Assembly (NCBI GenBank): GCA_963844715.1
Contig: CAWJPJ010000007.1
Span: 1 to 64,000, forward strand
Direction: 5' to 3'
DNA length: 64,000 nucleotides
DNA from: an uncultured Phycisphaerales bacterium
Lineage (GTDB): Bacteria > Planctomycetota > Phycisphaerae > Tepidisphaerales > Tepidisphaeraceae
The translations under genes and the position numbers were made by a program. This document shows positions 13,202-22,896 of the stretch, piece by piece. Position 1 is the first letter of the stretch. Every line of letters begins with the position of its first letter. The notes beneath the pieces are model-generated. The model was given only the letters and a program-made list of their open reading frames with translations. It did not search any database and was not told the DNA's origin.

Positions 13202-15073
13202 CAGTAAAACCCTCCGATTCTCCTGCCCTGATCCTCTGGTGGATTGTCAATGGAGGCGCGCTGGGGCGCCATCGCCGGTATCTCATCCTCCCCTCCTCCA
13301 ATCCGCAGGTCCGGCGGCAGAGGCAAGGGCGATCCTTTGGGGCGCTCATCGCGCCAATCGTTATTGCCGGCGGCAGCGCTCTTAAGTTGCGGCAGGGTAT
13401 CTAAAGAATCCGGGGCGCGATGATGCGCTGAGCCAGGGCTGCGTGCTCGTAATACCGTAGCTTCTGGGTGCGGAAGGGCTTGAAGCCGGTGACGAATATC
13501 AACTGCTGGTCATTGGGCAGCGTGCGGATTTGCCCTGGATACAAAAGCGGCCTGACCTGCTCGCTGTGGCTGATGTTGCGCCGGCCCACGCCGACAACCG
13601 TCTGCGGTCGGCTGTAGCTGGCGCGGTATTCAACGACCTCGCCGGTCATCTGACTTGTCCGCTGCTGCGTCACCGTGTCGGCCGAGGCAAAGCAACAGAG
13701 GAGATGGCAGTTGTCGATGATCGTATTGTGCGGGCCGTAGTGCTCGACAATATCGTTGAAGCTTTGGACAACCAATTGGCTCTTAATTCCATACCCCGCC
13801 ATCTGCCTCAAATTCATGGAGAAGAACTCGAGCCGCCCCAATGTCGGGAACTCATCGAGCAGCATCAGCAATCGGTGTTTCTTCTTTCTTCCGCGCGAGT
13901 CGGTTTCTCGGTACTCCATCAGCGCTCGCGCCGCCTGGTTGAGCATCAAACGGACCAGCGGCCGCATGCGGTCGGCATCCGAAGGGGGAGGCTGCAAGTA
14001 GAGCGTGAACGGTCTGTCCAGGCACATGAGATCGCCAATGGCAAAGTCGCTGCGGCTGGTCACCTCGCAGATCACCTCGTCCGCCCACAAGGCCATGTGC
14101 CCTTCGGCGGTTCCGCGGACACTGGAGCGGAAGCGCTCGGCCTGACTCAGCAGTGATTTGGCCACCCGGCCGATCTCCGAATAGACTTGGGGCTGGCCCG
14201 TATGAGGGTCCAAACGGTGCGGCGTGGTCATCATCGCCACGCACGTATTGTCAAAGTCCAATAGAAGCTGCCGCACACGGCCAAGATGTTTATGGTGGGG
14301 CGGCTCACTGTAGAGCACGTGTAATACAAGGGCGACAAGAAATTGGCTTGCGTTCTGGTCCCACACGTCCAGCGTGCGCTTGGAGCCGTCGGGGTTCACC
14401 AGCATTTCCACTAGGTTCTGCACATCGCGGATCTCGTGAGGGCCTTTGCGGACCTCCAGCAATGGATTAAAGCGGTGCTATCCAGCCGCGTTGGGTTGAA
14501 CAGCACGCAGTGCTGATACCTGGAGCGATAGCCGGCAGTGGCCTGCCATAGTTCTCCCTTCACGTCATAGGCGATTGCACTGTCCGGCCAGCACAGAAGC
14601 GTGGGGATGACATGACCGACGCCTTTGCCGCTGCGCGATGCGCCGCTGACGATCTGATGCTCCGGCCCGTCGTAGGTCAGCAGCTTGCCTCGATGGATTC
14701 CAACGACCGTGCCGCGGCACTTGAGCAGCCCCGCGCGTTTCATGTCGCGCCTGGTTCCCCACCCTTCGATCCCGAATGTTTTGACCTGAAAGCGCCCGCC
14801 GCCCCCCAATATCGCGGCCAACGCCGACACAACGCTCGCGTAAAACAGGAATGCGGCGATCGCGATATCCATCACTGGCGAATGCGGAGTGAGGCTGCCT
14901 GTTGTCCAAATAAGCAGTGCCCACGGCACGTACAATGTCCAGCCATTGCCACGATACAAGCTCCCGCTGAGCATCGCCGGATCGTTCATCTGTATTGCCT
15001 CGCATTGGGTGGCGACCCACAGGCCGGCTACTAGCAACGTCACCAGAAGTGAGAATTTGAACAGATGCATCAT
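13201..15073 (-). CDS. traG: Type IV coupling protein TraG/VirD4 (two apparent frameshifts, ~14460 and ~13410)
   Basis: SRSGKGVGHVIPTLL; DVKGELW; LLMLLDEFPTLG; MAGYGIK; split across ORFs 14411..15073 and 13401..14462 plus a tail to the TGA at 13201. Confidence 0.9.
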
Positions 15074-16822
15074 TTACTCACGCTCCGCTTCCTGAGATTT
15101 TTTCCGCAGCGCTTTGGTGATCAGCTTTCCGCGCCCGTTGACATCGACCGAAGCGATGACGGGCACGCCGGGATTGGCCCGCGGCACTTGGCGGACAGGC
15201 ACAAGTTGAGTCTGGCCACGGCCCGTGACGGCGGCGAAGAGGCCCGCGTGCAGGGGCACAGTGCCGCGATAGATGCCGGTGATCTGACCTCCTGGCGGCA
15301 GAGGAGATATCTGATTGCCAAAGCGCCGCGCAAGGCCGGCTCGACCGCCCGCCATTCCCGGGCCCGGAGCGATTGCTGTGCGTTAGGACGCAACTGATAT
15401 CGTCCGTCCTGCAATTGCGCATAGCCGTGTTCCACCATCCATGCGCTGGCGCGACTCGGCCGCCTGCTGGAGCGCGGGATCAGAGGTCACGGTCGTTTCT
15501 TTCCCCAAAGATCGCAGGTGCAACTGTCGATCCAGCCAGGTCCAGGCCTCGGCTTCGACCTGGCTTTGGATGGAGTGCGCGGAAAGGACTTCCACGATCC
15601 CGTACCCCCCCTGCATGGTCCGTTGCTCGTTTTCCGATTGACGCTGACTCTGTGCAGGATGAAGTCGGACAAGACTTCCCTCCTCCAGCACCCGCAGGGC
15701 ATGAGGATTGACCGGGCGGACGTACAGCACTCGCCCTTGCCCGTCCTCTACCGCCAAAAATCGCCGGTCGCGCAACTCATCATGAGAACCCATGCTCACC
15801 ACGCGGCCGGTGAGTTCTGCGCCTTGATAGAAGGCCACAGCGCCGCTGCGCGGGCCGAGCTTGGCATAGAGGCTCTTGATGATGTCGTTACGCTGGGCCA
15901 GATCGCGCAGTCTGGGCTTCAGTTCCGCGTCCACGGTCCAGCGTCCCAGGCGGTTCCTGCCAGCCAGATTCAGACGCTCCAGGTGCTGCAACCGCGCGGC
16001 CACGCGGCGGGGCAGCCGGTCTTTTGCCAACTCTCCTTTACCGCTCAAGCGCAGGCGACGCTCCCCGTCCACGTGCCGCTCGATTACGGCATCCAGAGCT
16101 GTATACCGCTGCGCGGAAAGTTCCTTCTGCATCGACTCCCGGACCTGCTCGGCGGTGCGCGGGCCGATCCAGCGCGTGGCGATCTCCTGGGCCGCCTGGC
16201 GCATGCCGTGTTTGATGTAGGGGCTGGGGATCACCAAATCCGTTCCATCCCGCCGTTTGCCACGGAACAGCACATGGGCGTGCGGGTCATCGGTGTTGTG
16301 ATGGTTGATCGCCAGCCAATCCAGCTTCGTCCCTAAGTCCCGCTCGGCCTGGGCCAGTAGCTCTCGAATATAGTCCCGCAGGCCGCCGGATTGCCGCTCG
16401 ATCTGGTCTGCTCGCTCCGGTGAGATAATGAAGCGAAAATGATGGCGATCCTCCTCCCACTCCCTCACCCGCGCCCTGGCATCCACTTTCTCTTCCGTCG
16501 CGTCATAAAAGCGTCCAGTCTTGCCGTCCAGTGATGCCGAGTCGCGGGCCAGATAAGTCAGGTGCGCCCGCAGCACCCCCCTCGCCTCGCCCGGCTTGGG
16601 AACGGTGTAAGACGCCTTAATCACCACGCGCTGCTGTTGTGGATCGCCGGCGCCGGCCCGGCGGCTGACGGATCGTTTGCCGACGCGGTACATCCACTGC
16701 GTGACGCTGCCGATCCGGCCTTTGAACTCCCAATGATCGCCGGCCGATTGGCGTCGCCGCCGGCCGGCGCGGATTTTCAGTTCGTCTTCGATCTCTCGCA
16801 TCGTGGTCAAGCGGCTTTTCAT
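15074..16822 (-). CDS. MOBP relaxase, VirD2-like/DUF3363 type (frameshift ~15440)
   Basis: HLTYLARD (motif I); RHHFRFIISPE; HHNTDDPHAHVLFRG (HUH); C-terminal TWLDRQL. Confidence 0.9.
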
Positions 16823-16846
16823 CGGTTGCCTGCCAAAAATGCCATA

Positions 16847-17632
16847 CTAATAGCGGTAATCGCTTATCTGGTTGGCACTTATGTCATCCATATATAAGCT
16901 GTCCGGACGGCTATCAGTTGTAAGTCCTTGCGGCTCAATCGCTTCACTGTCCGGCTGATAGCCGGCTTTTATCTTGCCGTAGATTGAATTCAGAATTCCG
17001 CCATTTATCAAATGCTTGCATCTTCGAATTCCGTTGGTTGCCGATAGGCCAGTTTGCTGCGAAGAGGACAAAACGAAAGCAGATGCTTCATCGCTGGATG
17101 AAGCATCTGCTGAACGATTCACGCACGCGAAGCTGCGCACGATTGGGCAATAGATGCCGATCACCTCATCGACGTGGATTGGACCGAAGAAGCGGCTGTC
17201 GAAGCTGTGCGCGGCGGCAGAGCCGACCAGCAACTCACCTGCATTGAGTCGGCGTGCCGCACTCCAATGTGGCAACCGTCGCCCGGCGGAATCGACCGAG
17301 GCAATGGGACCGATCAAAACGCCGTTGACACGCAGCTCGCCGTCCAGCGCCGAGACAAAATCACCGCCGGCGGCCAGCACGTGCTTAAGCAGAATTAGAT
17401 TTGTCGGCTCACCTCGCAGATGCGCATAGGAATACGCGGCGGCGGGCAGTGCGAAGGCGACGATCTTGCCGCGCTGAATACGACCGCCGCGGTAAACATA
17501 GAAGCCAATTGGAAGACTCGGCGTGCGGTTGTAGATCACCAGCGGCGGATGCGGCAGCGACGCGCCGGCAATCAGCGCAGCGACAACGCCTGCGATGACC
17601 AGCATACTGCGGAGACGTGGATCAATTCTCAT
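16847..17632 (-). CDS. traF: TraF-like S26 conjugative transfer peptidase (C-terminal ~90 aa may be read-through)
   Basis: YNRTPSLPIGFY; LLKHVLAAGGD; DSAGRRLP; SFDSRFFGPI. Confidence 0.88.
   Translation of the reverse strand: MRIDPRLRSMLVIAGVVAALIAGASLPHPPLVIYNRTPSLPIGFYVYRGGRIQRGKIVAFALPAAAYSYAHLRGEPTNLILLKHVLAAGGDFVSALDGELRVNGVLIGPIASVDSAGRRLPHWSAARRLNAGELLVGSAAAHSFDSRFFGPIHVDEVIGIYCPIVRSFACVNRSADASSSDEASAFVLSSSQQTGLSATNGIRRCKHLINGGILNSIYGKIKAGYQPDSEAIEPQGLTTDSRPDSLYMDDISANQISDYRY
16951..16979 (+). other. Candidate oriT (hairpin plus nic-like site)
   Basis: CCGGCT-gat-AGCCGG hairpin followed by TATCTTGC (cf. IncP nic YATCCTG/Y), ~130 bp upstream of the relaxase start. Confidence 0.6.
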
Positions 17633-18108
17633 GGGTCTGCTCCTGCAAGAATTGCAACAGGGAATCCCGATTCAGCCGCCTCGGCTCTTGGCCCGCGCAG
17701 CGCCTGCGCCGCCAGACGGTAGTAGATCGGAGGCACGCAGCACGGATCGATGTCGTCCTGCTCAATCCAATGGATCATCTCGTCGGCGCCAGCCACGACC
17801 CCTTGGTCCTTGCCGATGCAGCGGCAATTTAGGAACGCGTGCACGTTCACCGCTGGGTCGATGCACGGCAGCCGAAAGCCGCTGTGCCCCGGCCCCAGGG
17901 CCTGGGCGATGGCGAAGGCGGCGAATTGCCGCCGCGGCGAGACCCGCGCCCACCACGACACAGCAAACGTGTCGCCGGGCTGGAACCAATAGTGGGTCAA
18001 AGATTCATCAATGCGCCACATCCTCGTAGGACTGCCGAAGTGCAGGCGAATGCTGAAGCGGTCCTTAACCTGACAAGCGGCCAGCAGTGTCCAATCCGTG
18101 TACGTCAT
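17629..18108 (-). CDS. DUF2840-like protein
   Basis: LHFGSP; FQPGDTFAVSWW; LPCIDP; IEQDDIDPCCVPPIYYR; directly upstream of traF as in Tn4371-like ICEs. Confidence 0.7.
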   Translation of the reverse strand: MTYTDWTLLAACQVKDRFSIRLHFGSPTRMWRIDESLTHYWFQPGDTFAVSWWARVSPRRQFAAFAIAQALGPGHSGFRLPCIDPAVNVHAFLNCRCIGKDQGVVAGADEMIHWIEQDDIDPCCVPPIYYRLAAQALRGPRAEAAESGFPVAILAGADP

Positions 18109-18133
18109 GATGTGCCTCGCACTGATTAACTGA

Positions 18134-18893
18134 TTAGTTGAGGCTGGCCTGAGGCAGCTGAAGTGGATGCAGGTAGGGCAGCAAAGCAGCGGCCTGCATG
18201 GGCAGTCGCGGTGGAAGACGCAGGTGGTTCTTGGCCGCGTGCGCACGGGCCGGCGCCGTGTAAATCACCCGATGATCGCGCGAGGCGTCTGCGTGTGTTG
18301 CCGCCGAAGGGCTGTCTCCATGCCCACGATTGGTATGGGTGGCGAAAAGCACCTCGTCACACCAAGCCTGAAGGCGCGCCGAGGCGTGGTCATTCAGCGC
18401 GGGTTCATACCTCTGTGCAAGTGATCCGCCGTGCAGTGCGCGTAGCGGGCCGATGGAGCTGCGCATGTCCCACCAAAACGATGTGCAAGCCGATATCACT
18501 GCGCAGCAAATCCAGGCGGCGGAGCAATTTTCGCCACTGAGCCAGCGCCAGGGCCTGTCCGTCGGGAATCGCCGCCAAATGCTCGGCATCGTGCGCCCGG
18601 CACAATTCGTCCCCAATCGATAGCTCGACGCTCTCCAGCGAGTCGAGGATGACCGTGCCATACTCATGCGGCTCAACGTACAGGTCTTGCAGCGCCTGCA
18701 TGACCTGATCGAAACGGCGGCAGACTGGAAATCGACTGCAAGCGATGTGGTTGGTGCTCTCGTCGGTGGGAATGAACACCGGTGCCCGCAGGCCCGCAGC
18801 CAAAGTCGAGGTGCCGATCCCGCGAATGCCATAAAGCAAAATCCGCCGCGGCCGCTTGACCGAACGAGTGTGGATTTGATCGAACAATTTCAT
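18134..18893 (-). CDS. AAA_24/Sak4-like phage-type NTP-binding protein with degenerate Walker A (frameshift ~18440)
   Basis: RRILLYGIRGIGTST; TVILDSL; IVLVGHA; AWCDEVLFA; AKNHLRLP. Confidence 0.75.
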
Positions 18894-19197
18894 CTAAACC
18901 TCGCGTTCTTGAATGGTGTTCTTCGTCTTTACGACCGAATCAAGCCACACAGCATGGGCGCGGGCCGTGCGCACTTGGTGGTGATGGAAGTGCGATTTGC
19001 GCTGATCGAGGGACGAAAATCGTTTTCTGGTCGAGTTGAGAATCCGCCCAGAATGAGCTTGACAATCCATCCATTAGTTAGGTAAATGTACGGTATCGCG
19101 TTCCCACCCAGGAGGGAGCTTGGGTTCATTGATATCGCTGTCTGCGGGCCAAAGGTATGGCGCAGCGGCGATTGCTTGCACTACGGGAGGAATTGTC

Positions 19198-20283
19198 ATG
19201 TCGGGCGCTGCTCTTTCTGAAGAACTGCCGGCGGTCTCGCTGTTTGGACCCGCCCAAATGACGTTGGAACGGGCGCAACGATTGTTTCGCCGCGCCCAAC
19301 ACAGCGTGACGCACAGCCTTCGTATCGCCTCGGGCGGCGATTTGATGGGTCCAGCGCCGCAAGCCAGGCAAACACGGTTTGTGCCGTGTACATGGGGCGT
19401 GCGACGAGACGATTACCGCTGGCGCGGCGATGCCAATCGTGATTTTGCCGCGCTGCGGAGCGGCGCTTCCACAATGGGTTGGGCGCTGGTTCATGCGCCG
19501 CTGCGCAACTGGAGTGAACTGTTGCCAGGGGCGATGCCGGATGTCATGGGCACGCGATCAGACCTCTACTTGGCGGACTATTGGCTACTGACGGTGCACT
19601 ACTTGGTCTGGTCCAAACGTCTGCCATATCCGATCAAGGCCAGTTGGCTGCATGGCGCGAGCGTTCACGACCAGCCATTCAGCTTCATCAGCGAACTGCC
19701 GACCGATTTAGCCGAAGCGTCGCTGGATGCGCTGATTTTGTTTCGTGAGGCGGCCCTGACGCTGCCCCGAAGCGGCGGCCCTACGCCGATCGCGCCCGCC
19801 GAGCCGCCCGTGCTTCGTGATGGCCGCTGGCATTTAATGACCCGCGAGGCTCCGACCAGCGCGGCGGTTCAGACGCCGCCAACTGTCGAACCGCCGGAGC
19901 CGCCGCCTCAAGCCGCCGTTTTGCAAGACGCAATGGACGGAAGCGACGTTCTTCCAGAGTTGGACGACCAGACCTTTACGGTCTGCTGCGTTGGCAAAAA
20001 GTATCGCTTTACCGCAAGGAACAAACAGTTGTTCGCCCTCCTGGATCGAGTCCGCCGTCGCCCTGGCCATCGGGTCTCCTACGACGATCTGCGCGGCACC
20101 GGTGACGTTTGGGACGGCTCGCAGGTGGAGGACAGTTCCATCCGCGGCGCGGTCGCGCGGCTGCGCAAGCTGCTCAAGACCCATGGCATCAGCGCCCTGG
20201 CCGAGCGGGTCACGACCGGAACGTATCAGGGCCGCGGTTATGTCATTTTGCAGACGACCGAAGGACAAGACAGATCAAGCTAA
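19198..20283 (+). CDS. Hypothetical protein with C-terminal OmpR-type winged-helix domain
   Basis: GGGAGG SD; FALLDRVRRRPGHRVSYDDL..VW...SIRGAVARLRKLL...GRGYVI. Confidence 0.7.
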   Translation: MSGAALSEELPAVSLFGPAQMTLERAQRLFRRAQHSVTHSLRIASGGDLMGPAPQARQTRFVPCTWGVRRDDYRWRGDANRDFAALRSGASTMGWALVHAPLRNWSELLPGAMPDVMGTRSDLYLADYWLLTVHYLVWSKRLPYPIKASWLHGASVHDQPFSFISELPTDLAEASLDALILFREAALTLPRSGGPTPIAPAEPPVLRDGRWHLMTREAPTSAAVQTPPTVEPPEPPPQAAVLQDAMDGSDVLPELDDQTFTVCCVGKKYRFTARNKQLFALLDRVRRRPGHRVSYDDLRGTGDVWDGSQVEDSSIRGAVARLRKLLKTHGISALAERVTTGTYQGRGYVILQTTEGQDRSS

Positions 20284-20293
20284 AGGAGAAGGC

Positions 20294-21016
20294 ATGTCAA
20301 TACTCACGGATAAACCAGGGACCGCGGCGCCACGAACCGTCAAGATTCGCGGCGAGCAGTTCACGCGACTTTGGCTTACGACTTCCCTGTCCCAGGAGAC
20401 CTTCGCGGCCCGCATCGGAATGAAGCGCTCCGGCGTGTTCCGCTTGCTGCGCCCGGGCGTGCACGCCATGTTCAGCGACAACTTCGCCCGCCTCGCCCAA
20501 GCCCTGAACATGACGCCTCGGGAATTGAAAGAGCGCATCGGCGTGGGCGAGGTCAATTTACGGGCCGCCGCGAATGGAAATGGTCTCATTTACGAATCCG
20601 GTGTCACTGGCCCGGCGCAGCCGCTGGTCGAAGTCACCAGATTCCACGGCATCAGCGCGGGCAGTCGGGCCGAGCGCCTTGATGTGGAGCATGGGACGGT
20701 GAGAGTGCCGGAAGGTTGGGGGGATTTCTTCGTGCGCGTGGATGGGATTTCCATGCTTCCGGACTATCCGGATCAATCCGTCGCCGCATTCAAAACAGTC
20801 GAGGGACAATCGTTTATTTACGGCAAGGACTATCTGATCTGGTTCACGGATGGTGAATGTTATTTCAGCAGGGTGCATGAGAGTGACGAGGACCGCGACG
20901 TGCTGGTGCTTCGCAAAGTGAACCCGGATCGCCAGCAGTTCCCGGATCGGCATGTCCATCGACGGGAGATCGAGCGCATCGCTCGCTGCGTTGGTGTAAC
21001 GATCGACATGAGTTAG
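20294..21016 (+). CDS. XRE-HTH plus S24-like (LexA/CI-type) repressor
   Basis: AAAGGAG SD; LSQETFAARIGM HTH; ISAG cleavage-like site; VRVDGISMLPDY. Confidence 0.75.
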   Translation: MSILTDKPGTAAPRTVKIRGEQFTRLWLTTSLSQETFAARIGMKRSGVFRLLRPGVHAMFSDNFARLAQALNMTPRELKERIGVGEVNLRAAANGNGLIYESGVTGPAQPLVEVTRFHGISAGSRAERLDVEHGTVRVPEGWGDFFVRVDGISMLPDYPDQSVAAFKTVEGQSFIYGKDYLIWFTDGECYFSRVHESDEDRDVLVLRKVNPDRQQFPDRHVHRREIERIARCVGVTIDMS

Positions 21017-21054
21017 TTCATCGAGTAGCAGGAATTCATGATGGGAGAAAGACG

Positions 21055-21750
21055 ATGTCGAGGCTTATACAGTGGCTCGACCATCGCATGGACGTGGTGG
21101 GGATCGAAAATTGGAAGGATCTGACGGAATTGACCGGCATCCCGTTCGACGTTTTCCGCGAAATCCGTGATGTCGGCTCGCTGGAAATCCTGAATAGGAC
21201 CGAACGGCGCTTGCTCGCCGCCGCCTTGCGCGTTTCGCTGCGCAAGCTGGAACAGCTCAGCGACGACCTGATCGATTGGATTGAAGACCGTCACGTGTGC
21301 GACGCCGAAGATTACGGCCGACCGCTGCCTAACCAGGAAAATGATCTGGCGTACTGGGCGCCGCAGGATATACCGCCCGAAGATCGTGGTACGCCTCTGA
21401 TCGGGAGAATTCGGCCCGGCGGCCAAGCCGAGTTGGACGAAGATTGGCACCAGGAATGGGGAAAGCACATTCCGCACCGGTTCGGCAATGGACACAACAT
21501 CTTCGCCTTGGAAATCGAGGCCACCGGCACTTCCGTCGCGCTGCGGCTGGCGGCACCATGGGAGTTTCGTGAAGGGAAAGCGGCGGTCTACTGCTGGAAT
21601 GGGTGGGAGGCCCAAGCCTGGTTCGGCCGTGTATGCCTGCAACCCAAGGCATACGTCGTGACCGCCGACGGGCGGCGGCATGACCTGGAACTGCCGAATG
21701 TCATGCGCATTGGAAAAGTGGTGGGCCAATGGCCCAGCGAAGCCGCGTGA
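21055..21750 (+). CDS. Second HTH plus degenerate S24-like protein
   Basis: WKDLTELTGIP HTH-like; TPLIGRI, IFALEI and IGKVVG motifs; no GxSM. Confidence 0.55.
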   Translation: MSRLIQWLDHRMDVVGIENWKDLTELTGIPFDVFREIRDVGSLEILNRTERRLLAAALRVSLRKLEQLSDDLIDWIEDRHVCDAEDYGRPLPNQENDLAYWAPQDIPPEDRGTPLIGRIRPGGQAELDEDWHQEWGKHIPHRFGNGHNIFALEIEATGTSVALRLAAPWEFREGKAAVYCWNGWEAQAWFGRVCLQPKAYVVTADGRRHDLELPNVMRIGKVVGQWPSEAA

Positions 21751-21790
21751 GCGGCGCCGGCTGATGCCCCGCCCACCGATCAAAGGCGCA

Positions 21791-21830
21791 AAAACAAACC
21801 CGGCCGGGGGAACGGACGGCCCCGGCCGGG
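21791..21830 (-). terminator. Rho-independent terminator
   Basis: CCCGGCCGGGG/CCCCGGCCGGG stem followed by a T-rich tail on the minus strand, just after the 21844 stop. Confidence 0.75.
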
Positions 21831-21843
21831 CTGCTGCGAGTCG

Positions 21844-22089
21844 CTACTTGGTCTCGCTCTTTTGTTGCAGTTCGTGGATGGCCTCGAACGTCTTGTCCGC
21901 GACCTTTGCCAGCACCAGCAGATCGTCGCGTCCGAAGCTGTCGGTGCTTTGCCACATGCCTCCATCGCCGCGGTACAGCCGCTGGAACGTCACGTTGTAG
22001 CGGGCGCCGCTCTCCGTTTCGTTCTGCCAGATGGCGGCTTTGAGCGCGCCGATCCGGACTTCGCTAATGGGTTTCTGCTTCGTAGCCAT
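21844..22089 (-). CDS. Small conserved protein, putative PC4/PUR-like ssDNA-binding
   Basis: MATKQKPISEVRIGALKAAIWQNE...YNVTFQRLY...WQSTDSFGRDDLLVLAK; GAGGAG SD. Confidence 0.7.
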   Translation of the reverse strand: MATKQKPISEVRIGALKAAIWQNETESGARYNVTFQRLYRGDGGMWQSTDSFGRDDLLVLAKVADKTFEAIHELQQKSETK

Positions 22090-22600
22090 GTGAGACTCCT
22101 CTCGAAAAAGGGTTTGATTGGTCCGTTCACCTGACTGTGACGGACAACAAACCCTTACGAGGAGTCCGAAGCTGGCCCGGAGCGGCAAGCGCCGGGAGCG
22201 AAATAGAGCGAGGGGAATGACAGGCGCAGCGGATCGCAGAGCAGCGGAGCCTGGCGTGAGCATCGCGATGGAGCGACCCGAGCGATAGCGGAGGGACGGC
22301 GAAACATGGCGATGGAGCGGAAATCCTATCGCGGTCCGAGTCGGCATTCAGCCGCCGTCTTTGGAACGAACAGCGGCCGGCGGTTTCACGTGCGGCGCGG
22401 CGAACCGGCAGCGTGGCGAAGCGCCGATGACCAGCGCTATGATCTGCTGGTGCAGACGAAGCGATGGTAGCGCGTGGCGTCCACGAACTGCCGCCCAAGA
22501 GCGTGCGAGCTTACAGCAGGGCGGTTGGAGTGCCGTGAAAGGAAGCGAACATGACCGAGCGGACAGATTTTTCGGTCGTCCACGACCGGCTTAAGATCCA

Positions 22601-22635
22601 TTGGTCAGTTGGTCACTGAATTGGTCAGTCGTCAC
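22601..22635 (+). repeat. Direct repeats TTGGTCA x3 (putative integrase arm-type sites)
   Basis: TTGGTCA at 22601, 22609 and 22621, ~130-155 bp before the tRNA fragment. Confidence 0.55.
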
Positions 22636-22755
22636 GTGATGGTGAGTGTTAATGGAGTTGTCAGTGACCTCTTAAACAAGCTGCAAGCCTTAAAAGCGGC
22701 AGAAAATGCAGCAACAAACCAACGCTGAGACTCAACTTATGCGCCGCATTTTAGA

Positions 22756-22797
22756 CTACGGAACCGAAGGTTGAAGGTTCGAGTCCTTCAAGGTGCG
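22756..22797 (+). other. 3' half of tRNA-Arg(ACG), putative att site (not a complete tRNA)
   Basis: Anticodon loop CTACGGA; T-arm GAAGG-TTCGAGT-CCTTC; acceptor 3' strand AAGGTGC. Upstream sequence has no D-arm or 5' acceptor strand. Confidence 0.8.
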
Positions 22798-22811
22798 TTC
22801 CACCTTCAGCC

Positions 22812-22875
22812 AAAAAAAAAGGCGGCTTCCGATTCGTGCGTTCGCTATCGCGAACCGTCGAAATTGGAAGCCGCC
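22812..22875 (-). terminator. Terminator hairpin downstream of the GH28 gene
   Basis: GGCGGCTTCC...GGAAGCCGCC stem with a T9 tail on the minus strand. Confidence 0.7.
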
Positions 22876-22896
22876 GCGAAAAACTCGCCCCGAGGA

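Larger units (their letters stand above)
1..22797. mobile_element. Genomic island / degenerate ICE integrated at tRNA-Arg(ACG); right boundary ~22797, left boundary not seen
   Basis: tRNA 3' fragment with arm-like repeats at the right end; conjugation genes inside; lacks the C-rich strand bias seen from ~24.4 kb. Inclusion of the giant gene is inferred. Confidence 0.65.

Noticed and set aside
22382..22397. parS-like GTTTCACGTG
   Set aside because: Only a half match to TGTTTCACGTGAAACA. I found no full parS near parA.
22720..22797. Functional tRNA-Arg gene
   Set aside because: The 5' acceptor strand, D-arm and 5' anticodon stem are missing.
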